In this document: positions 17,189 to 22,883 of the stretch, in pieces | How the letters are laid out: each line of letters starts with the position of its first letter | Position numbering within the stretch: the first letter of the stretch is position 1 | NCBI GenBank assembly: GCA_013331805.1 | Contig: DUFS01000070.1 | Location: 1-22,883, forward strand | From: Candidatus Micrarchaeota archaeon | Lineage (GTDB): Archaea; Micrarchaeota; Micrarchaeia; Anstonellales; Anstonellaceae | Direction of reading: 5' to 3' | Length of the DNA stretch: 22,883 nt | Notes under the pieces: model-generated | Databases searched by the model: none | What the model saw: only the letters and a program-made list of their open reading frames with translations | Told to the model about the DNA's origin: nothing | Made by a program: the position numbers and the translations under genes

Positions 17189-18199
17189 CTATTCTGCTTT
17201 TGCCTGCGGGCTTGCGCCAAATGCAGAAAGCACCTCTGCGAAATCAGAGTACTGGAGCGCGCCTGCGAACACTATTCCCAAGCCCGCGCCCTGCACTTCG
17301 ACTGTGTTTACGGGCAGCCTGAACTGCGAATACCTTGCGGAAAGCGCCTGCGCCTCCTCTTGCGCCTTTTTCCTAGCCGCCTCATTTGCGCCTGACTTGG
17401 AGAACACTAGGAAGGAGGGGGTTGCCCTAACTCCCACGGACGCTGCCTCGGCTGCCTGTGCCGCCACTGCCTGCGCTGTTTTGTTCGATCCCAGGCAGGA
17501 GTCGAATTCCGCCTGGTCCAAAGAAAGCCCAAGGGCGTATTCCTTGAGTGAATCGACCGAAAGTGAGTTCTGGCTGGCAAAAAGCCCGTCATGCATCTCC
17601 CAGAATTTCCCCTGCAGGCCAGCGCACTCTGCCGCCTCTGCCGCTTTCCCTGCAGAAGGGTGGCTGGCAAGCGGATAATTCCTGAAAACATGCTTGATTT
17701 GGGGATAGTCCTGCCTTATTTGCATCAAGGTGGGCTGCGCCTGGGCGCAAAATGGGCACTGGAAATCCGAGTACTCCACCATGATTATTTCCGCCTCCGC
17801 ATTCCCAAGGAAGTGCGCATTGTCATAGGTGGCAGACGATACCGGCCCCGCAGGCTGAGGCTCAGGCAGGGCAGGCTGTTGCGCAGGCGGTTCTTTCTGG
17901 ATAGGCACGCTTTTCAGGGGCGCGACCGGCTCGCCGCCTGATGAAAGGCTGATAAATAGCATGCCTGCTGAGAGTATGAAAACCAATGCCATTGCTGCCC
18001 AGAATATGGTGTCTGGCTTTTTTTCCTTTTGCGCCTGCTGTTCGGCAGAATAGGCTGCAGTTGACTTTACTTCAAAAACTGGAGTTGGCTTTCTGAACTG
18101 GGATCTTGCTTTCCTGAAGGTTGCCGCTTTTCCCTTAGCCACACGAGTTGGCCTGGTTCTTTTTTGCCTGGGTTTAGACTTGTTTTTCCTTTTGGCCAT
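17189..18199 (-). CDS. Membrane-anchored DsbA-like thioredoxin-fold protein (CPFC)
   Basis: EYSDFQCPFC, FRNYPL, AAECAG.QGKFWEMHD, GVRATPSF; basic N-terminus, then TM and a Pro-rich linker. Confidence 0.88.
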   Translation of the reverse strand: MAKRKNKSKPRQKRTRPTRVAKGKAATFRKARSQFRKPTPVFEVKSTAAYSAEQQAQKEKKPDTIFWAAMALVFILSAGMLFISLSSGGEPVAPLKSVPIQKEPPAQQPALPEPQPAGPVSSATYDNAHFLGNAEAEIIMVEYSDFQCPFCAQAQPTLMQIRQDYPQIKHVFRNYPLASHPSAGKAAEAAECAGLQGKFWEMHDGLFASQNSLSVDSLKEYALGLSLDQAEFDSCLGSNKTAQAVAAQAAEAASVGVRATPSFLVFSKSGANEAARKKAQEEAQALSARYSQFRLPVNTVEVQGAGLGIVFAGALQYSDFAEVLSAFGASPQAKAE

Positions 18200-18228
18200 G
18201 CAAAAAAACCTCCGCTAGGACAGGGGGA

Positions 18229-18262
18229 AGAATAAATAAAAAGGAGGGCCCCTTGCGGGGCC
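18229..18262 (-). terminator. GC hairpin plus T-rich tract after the CPYC DsbA-like gene
   Basis: On the minus strand: GGCCCC-GCAA-GGGGCC followed by CTCCTTTTTATTTATT. Confidence 0.55.
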
Positions 18263-18273
18263 GGATTTGGCTA

Positions 18274-19092
18274 TTACTGGCTGGCAAGCAGCGAGTCGAC
18301 GTAAGACTTCAGCGAGGCATACTCCGCCCCGTTGGGAAGTATCTGGCCGTTTACACCAAAAGAAGGTGTCCCCTGCACCCCCACGCCGTTTGACTGGGCT
18401 GTGCTCTGGGCAACCAGGCTGTCATACTTGCCCGAGTCAATGCAGGAAGCCATCGCGGCGCTGTTGAAGCCCGCCTCTGCGGCAAACTTCTTGAGGTTGG
18501 CCTTGCTGAAAGTGCCCTCATTTTCCCCCTTCTGCTCGTCGAATATCTTGTCGTGCATCTTGAAGAACGCCTCGTCCCCTCCGATCTCACGCGCGCAGTA
18601 TGCCGCGTTTGCCGCATCCACGCTTTCCTGGCCCAGGAATGCCATGGGCTGGTAGACGAACCTCACCTTTCCTGCCTTGGCATATTCCTCCACAATCTTG
18701 GTGGCTGTGCCGCGGATGGGATCATAGCGCGTTCCCCCGATGTCAAGGCCGTAGACAATGCCGCAGTACGGGCACTGGAAGTCTGCGAATTCGATCACCG
18801 TGACCTTTGCGTCCTTGGGCCCTATCGAGGGAGCGTCAACCACCCAGGACCAATCGCCCTGCGAAGCCTGCGCCTGGGCGGCTGGCTGCTGAGCACCGGC
18901 GGTTGCGCCTGCCTGCTGGGCGCCGGCAGCAGCCGCGGCCGCAGCTGGCGCCGTTAACTTGATGCCCGCAATCGCCCCCTTCAGGTCGCCCACCCCGACA
19001 TAGATTGTTGCCGAAACCAGAAGAGCTGCTAGTATAATTGCTATGCCAATGACATACTCGCCCTTTTCCAATGAACCGTTCTTGTCCGCCAT
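18274..19092 (-). CDS. Membrane-anchored DsbA-like thioredoxin-fold protein (CPYC)
   Basis: GGAGGTGG SD; N-terminal TM; Ala/Gln linker; EFADFQCPYC, AAYCA, GVQGTPSF. Confidence 0.9.
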   Translation of the reverse strand: MADKNGSLEKGEYVIGIAIILAALLVSATIYVGVGDLKGAIAGIKLTAPAAAAAAAGAQQAGATAGAQQPAAQAQASQGDWSWVVDAPSIGPKDAKVTVIEFADFQCPYCGIVYGLDIGGTRYDPIRGTATKIVEEYAKAGKVRFVYQPMAFLGQESVDAANAAYCAREIGGDEAFFKMHDKIFDEQKGENEGTFSKANLKKFAAEAGFNSAAMASCIDSGKYDSLVAQSTAQSNGVGVQGTPSFGVNGQILPNGAEYASLKSYVDSLLASQ

Positions 19093-19232
19093 TCATCCAC
19101 CTCCCATTAAGCAGAATGCGCGTGCCTCCTTTCTTTTTGCCAATATTTTTAAACCACACCCCTTCTGTTAGGCGTTGAGGGCCTTGAGGCTAAAGCCAAA
19201 GTTTTTATTCTGTGCTTTCGAACCCCTAGCGT

Positions 19233-21203
19233 ATGCTTTCGCTTTCTGCGTTTGACCTCACCCCATCGCAGGCAAAATTGCGCGAGTGGCTGATGCCTTG
19301 CGGAACTGGAGGCTTCGCCTCATCCACAGCAATAGGCCTGAACACGCGCAAGTACCACGGCCTCCTGATCGCGCCCATTTCCGGAGGGCAGAACCGGCAC
19401 GTCATGCTTTCCAAGATGGAGGAAACCGCCAAAATAGGCGGGGCGGAATACCCCCTTTCCACCAACACTTATCCCGGCGTGGTATACCCAGAGGGATTCC
19501 GCCACCTGGTGGGATTTTCCTTTGCAGACCATCCTCTTTTCACCTATTCGCTCGGCAGCGCCAGGCTGGAAAAATCGGTCCGCGTGCTGCACGGGAAAAA
19601 CGCGGTGGTGGTTTCCTACAGGCTGGCTGCGGGAAGGGAGGCTGAGCTTCGTGTCAGGCCGCTTCTTGCCCCGCGCCCGATGCATTCCGACCCTTCCCTA
19701 TGCGAGCCTGCAGGGCAATTCGAATCCGACCGACACGGATTTTCAATTTCCAAGCCCGCTTCCATGCGCGTGTGCGCCTATGGGGCGACCTTCACTTCTT
19801 CTCCTGAGAAGTACCGCAACATGGAATACAGGGTGGAGCAGGAAAGGGGCTACCCCTATTCCGAAACGCTTTGCTCGCCAGGCTATTTTTCAGCGCAGCT
19901 TGAAAAGGGAGACGAGCTCCACATAGTCTCCTCTCTCGAGGGATTGCAGCCATCCGAGGCGCTGGACATCCTGGACAGGCAGGCGAACCGCTATTTCCAT
20001 CTTTCGCGCGGCTTTTGCCAGCAGAGCGGGATCGAGCTTACGGATTTTGCCGACACCCTGCTTCGCGCCGCGGATTCGTTCGTGGTCGCTCGCAGGGGGA
20101 AGCACGGGCTGTTGGCAGGCTTTCACTGGTTTTCCGAGTGGGGCAGGGACGCGAATGTGTCCCTGCCGGGCATACTCCTCTGCACAGGCAGGCACGCCCT
20201 TGCATTTGAAATCCTCTCAGAGCAGGCAGCCATGATGCGCGAAGGGCTTCTTCCCAATTTCGTGGATGAGAACAATCACGCGCACTATGGCTCGGCGGAT
20301 GCCTCGCTATGGTTCGTGAACGCGGTGCGGGAATATGCCGAGTGCACCAATGACTACTGGTCTGTGGAGCAGGAGCTTTGGAAGCCCCTGCGCTCCTTCC
20401 TTTCCTCGTATGTCCAGGGAAATTCGCTTGTCCGAATGGACTCGGACTGCCTGTTATATGTTAAGGAGCCTGCTGCCACCTGGATGGATGCGAAAATAAA
20501 CGGAGTTGCAGTAACCCCGAGAAAAGGCAAGCCTGTTGAAATAAACGCCCTTTGGTACTCTGATTTGCATTTCCTGCTTTCCCTTGCCGAGAGGTTCGAT
20601 GACAAGAAAACCGGCTCGGTAATCGCCCCGATCATCGAAGGCATTGATTCCTCCTTCCAGAAGTACCTGTCTGCAGAGGACGGAAGGCTCTTGGATGTCC
20701 TGGAGCCCAATGACTCGACGCTTCGCCCCAACCAGATTTTCGCAGTCAGCCTGCCCCACTCGCCCTTGAACGAGCTTCAGAGGCGGCATGTGTTCAACAT
20801 CGTGCGCTCAAGGCTCTACACGCCGTTCGGCCTTCGCACCCTTTCCACTGATGATTCCCGCTACCACGAGCGCTATTGCGGCAATCAGGAGGAGCGCGAC
20901 TCCGCATACCACCAGGGGGCTATTTGGCCCTGGCTGCTGGGCGCGTTCTACGATGCGCAGCTGCGCGTGCACCCAGGATGCGAGCAGCAGGTGCTTGCTT
21001 CATTGCGCCCGCTTGCAGATGCCATGCGCTCAGGCTGCCTGGGATCGCTGCCCGAGCTTTATGAGCCCGCCTCAATGCAGCCTGCAGGCGCAATTTCGCA
21101 GGCCTGGTCAGTGGCAGAAGTGCTTCGGACTTACGCCAAGGTCAAAAGGGCAGCTTCCGAAAAAAAAGAAATCTATTTGCAAAAGTCGACGCTTCTTGCC
21201 TAA
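19233..21203 (+). CDS. Glycogen debranching enzyme (archaeal-type amylo-alpha-1,6-glucosidase)
   Basis: EWL..G.GGFASST, TRKYHGLL, WFSEWGRD, TWMDAK, RPNQIFA, YHQGAIWPWL, QAWSVAE; TATA-like TTTTTATT at 19202-19209. Confidence 0.92.
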   Translation: MLSLSAFDLTPSQAKLREWLMPCGTGGFASSTAIGLNTRKYHGLLIAPISGGQNRHVMLSKMEETAKIGGAEYPLSTNTYPGVVYPEGFRHLVGFSFADHPLFTYSLGSARLEKSVRVLHGKNAVVVSYRLAAGREAELRVRPLLAPRPMHSDPSLCEPAGQFESDRHGFSISKPASMRVCAYGATFTSSPEKYRNMEYRVEQERGYPYSETLCSPGYFSAQLEKGDELHIVSSLEGLQPSEALDILDRQANRYFHLSRGFCQQSGIELTDFADTLLRAADSFVVARRGKHGLLAGFHWFSEWGRDANVSLPGILLCTGRHALAFEILSEQAAMMREGLLPNFVDENNHAHYGSADASLWFVNAVREYAECTNDYWSVEQELWKPLRSFLSSYVQGNSLVRMDSDCLLYVKEPAATWMDAKINGVAVTPRKGKPVEINALWYSDLHFLLSLAERFDDKKTGSVIAPIIEGIDSSFQKYLSAEDGRLLDVLEPNDSTLRPNQIFAVSLPHSPLNELQRRHVFNIVRSRLYTPFGLRTLSTDDSRYHERYCGNQEERDSAYHQGAIWPWLLGAFYDAQLRVHPGCEQQVLASLRPLADAMRSGCLGSLPELYEPASMQPAGAISQAWSVAEVLRTYAKVKRAASEKKEIYLQKSTLLA

Positions 21204-21487
21204 AGGAATTGGACGTTCGGATAGTGTTTTTTCAGTATCGTCAGGATATCCCCTTTCCTATGAGATTTGAGAGAGATGTGAATCTGTCCTGTCTTATTCA
21301 ACCATGTGATTAGACCTTCATTTGCCAGTTCTTTTGCCAAAGCTTCTGCTTCATGCTGGTGTTCCTTTGGAATGGCTGAACGAACATGAATTAGTTCCGT
21401 ATGCGTGTCCCCCCACCGCCTGTGCCTCGAAAGTTTGTAGAGAATATGCGCCTTGAGGCGTTCTCTGGAAATGTCCGCGTTTTGAAT
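21200..21487 (-). CDS. Small basic hypothetical protein (probably winged-helix-like); start uncertain (ATT 21487 vs TTG 21535)
   Basis: Open frame ILYKLSRHRRWGDTHT...AKELANEGLI...ISL with no in-frame ATG or GTG; GGTGA SD 4 nt before the in-frame ATT. Confidence 0.6.
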   Translation of the reverse strand: MQNADISRERLKAHILYKLSRHRRWGDTHTELIHVRSAIPKEHQHEAEALAKELANEGLITWLNKTGQIHISLKSHRKGDILTILKKHYPNVQFL

Positions 21488-21543
21488 GAAATCACCCGTT
21501 AGATGTCCACACCGGGTCGCCGCCCAATATTTCAATATATAGA

Positions 21544-21551
21544 TTTTTAAA
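21544..21551. promoter_or_regulatory. Putative shared bidirectional TATA box
   Basis: TTTTTAAA / TTTAAAAA between two divergent small genes. Confidence 0.45.
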
Positions 21552-21583
21552 CATTATAGTTCAATAAAACGTATGGTGATCAG

Positions 21584-21949
21584 ATGGGGAAAGGAGGCTT
21601 GGGAACGTCCCTCTTTTTGCAATTTTTCGGGGACAAACCGAAATTTCGCATAATAGATTTCTTGCTGGATAACGAATTGCAGGACTTCACAAAAACAGAA
21701 ATTGCAAAGGGGGCTGGATTGAGCTGGGCTGCCCTGTTTTCGCATTGGGGCGGCATGGAGAAAAAAAAGATAGTGAAGCTGACAAGAACCGTGGGAAGGG
21801 CAAAGCTGTATCAGCTCAATGGAAAATCCCCCCTGGTAATGCTTCTGAAGAACATTGAGATGACGCTCATAAGAGAAGCAGCTGACGCGGCAGAGGAGGA
21901 AGCCTCGATGAAGGTAAAGGCAAGGAACGGCACGAGGCAGAAAAAATAG
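21584..21949 (+). CDS. Winged HTH DNA-binding protein
   Basis: GGTGA SD; FGDKPKFRIIDFLL...FTKTEIAKGAGLSW...IVKLTRTVGRAKLYQLN is a typical archaeal wHTH pattern. Confidence 0.8.
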   Translation: MGKGGLGTSLFLQFFGDKPKFRIIDFLLDNELQDFTKTEIAKGAGLSWAALFSHWGGMEKKKIVKLTRTVGRAKLYQLNGKSPLVMLLKNIEMTLIREAADAAEEEASMKVKARNGTRQKK

Positions 21950-21953
21950 CTGC

Positions 21954-22304
21954 CTAAAGTAGCTTCAGCTCCTTCGTGAACTTGTCAATTTTCGCCTCTT
22001 CTGCAGGGCCCGCACCAAAGCAGGTCAGAGTCCCGGGCTCAAGCTGCGTGTGCCCTGCGTCGCGGATGAGTGCGCACGGGATTTCCCTTTTCATCCGCTC
22101 GTACAACTGCAGGAGTTCCGCTTCGCTTGCCACTTTCAATACGACTTTTTTCTGCCCCTCTGCCTCCCACCTGCGCGCCACCCACTTGTCAGCCAACTCT
22201 GCCTTCCGGAAGGCGGAAAGGGAAGCGTGTGAAACCTGCGCTGCGGTTTTCCCCCGCCCCATATCCAGGTCGCTTCGGACGACTATTGCCTGCTTGAGTG
22301 GCAT
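21954..22304 (-). CDS. pth2: Peptidyl-tRNA hydrolase Pth2 (archaeal/eukaryotic type)
   Basis: ATG 22304; KQAIVVRSDLDMGRGKTAAQVSHAS, GQKKVVLKV, IRDAGHTQLEPGTLT, LKLL. Confidence 0.96.
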   Translation of the reverse strand: MPLKQAIVVRSDLDMGRGKTAAQVSHASLSAFRKAELADKWVARRWEAEGQKKVVLKVASEAELLQLYERMKREIPCALIRDAGHTQLEPGTLTCFGAGPAEEAKIDKFTKELKLL

Positions 22305-22338
22305 GGAAATTAAAAGTCCTCTCAATATTATATCCCTT

Positions 22339-22883
22339 ATGCTTGACTCGGGATTGGAAGAGATCGCACAGAGGATTGCGGCCAGCGAAAGGGCGAGGGC
22401 AGACCTTGCAAAGCGGCTGCGTTTCAACTCGGGGAAGATGGAATACGCCGAAACCCTGGAAAAGGAGCTGTTCTGCCCTGTGGAAAAGGCTGAAGTCCAA
22501 GGCTCGGTGGCGGCAGTGGACAGCGGCATTGCGGGCGAGGAGCTCCACGGGTTTGACTTTCTCCTCATGCGCTCGGTCGGCGTGGTGTTCGATTACAAGG
22601 GCTCCAAGGTGGCTTCCCACAAATATTTCCCCTCTTCGCTTCCGAAAATGGAGTACGACGTCCGGAGCGGATTGGATTCACACGACGTGATGTGGCACAA
22701 GTCCCTCTTCAGGCTCAGGGGCGAGCTTTCCTGCGCCAGCAGCCTGATTGGGAAACACTCGCCTGCCTACATGCTCATGGACGGCTCGATTGCCCCGCTG
22801 CTTTCGGACAAGCCGTCAGAAGAATCCGAAATCCGCCCGCTTTACAACGAAGTGGTCAGTGAGTACAGGAAGCTGTACGAAAC
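22339..22883 (+). CDS. nurA: DNA double-strand break repair nuclease NurA (5' part, runs off window; not in the ORF track)
   Basis: Hand translation from ATG 22339 is open to the window end: MLDSGLEEIAQRI...VAAVDSG...RLRGEL...MLMDGSI, matching the two NurA acidic motifs. Confidence 0.8.
   Translation, partial: MLDSGLEEIAQRIAASERARADLAKRLRFNSGKMEYAETLEKELFCPVEKAEVQGSVAAVDSGIAGEELHGFDFLLMRSVGVVFDYKGSKVASHKYFPSSLPKMEYDVRSGLDSHDVMWHKSLFRLRGELSCASSLIGKHSPAYMLMDGSIAPLLSDKPSEESEIRPLYNEVVSEYRKLYE

Noticed and set aside
22298..22690. 130-aa plus-strand ORF and the extension of pth2 to 22568
   Set aside because: Alternative frames overlapping the NurA frame that starts at 22339.

Overview
Archaeal chromosomal window, about 55% GC by eye in coding regions. 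Archaeal traits include TATA boxes, GGTGA/GGAGG SD motifs, a class III signal-peptide pilin, Pth2 and NurA; the gene style suggests a DPANN archaeon such as Micrarchaeota (inference). About 12 kb is a complete LysW-carrier alpha-aminoadipate (AAA) lysine pathway in two convergent operons: lysM-like regulator, lysX paralog, lysW-lysX-lysY-lysZ-lysJ-lysK (+), and hcs, stand-alone RAM domain, homoaconitase large/small, homoisocitrate dehydrogenase (-). A truncated M20 hydrolase lies at the junction. The rest encodes a malic enzyme, an NHL-repeat surface protein with a 2-TM partner, an inositol monophosphatase, two DsbA-like proteins, a glycogen debranching enzyme, a divergent small-protein/wHTH pair, pth2 and the 5' part of nurA. 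Most notable: (1) a lineage-specific lysX duplicate with 100%-identical DNA blocks alternating with diverged segments, and substrate-specificity loops matching neither LysX nor ArgX; (2) HCS and a RAM domain in frame but split by one TGA; (3) an identical 14-mer upstream of both lys operons; (4) a probable ATT start codon. No rRNA, tRNA, CRISPR or transposase was recognised.
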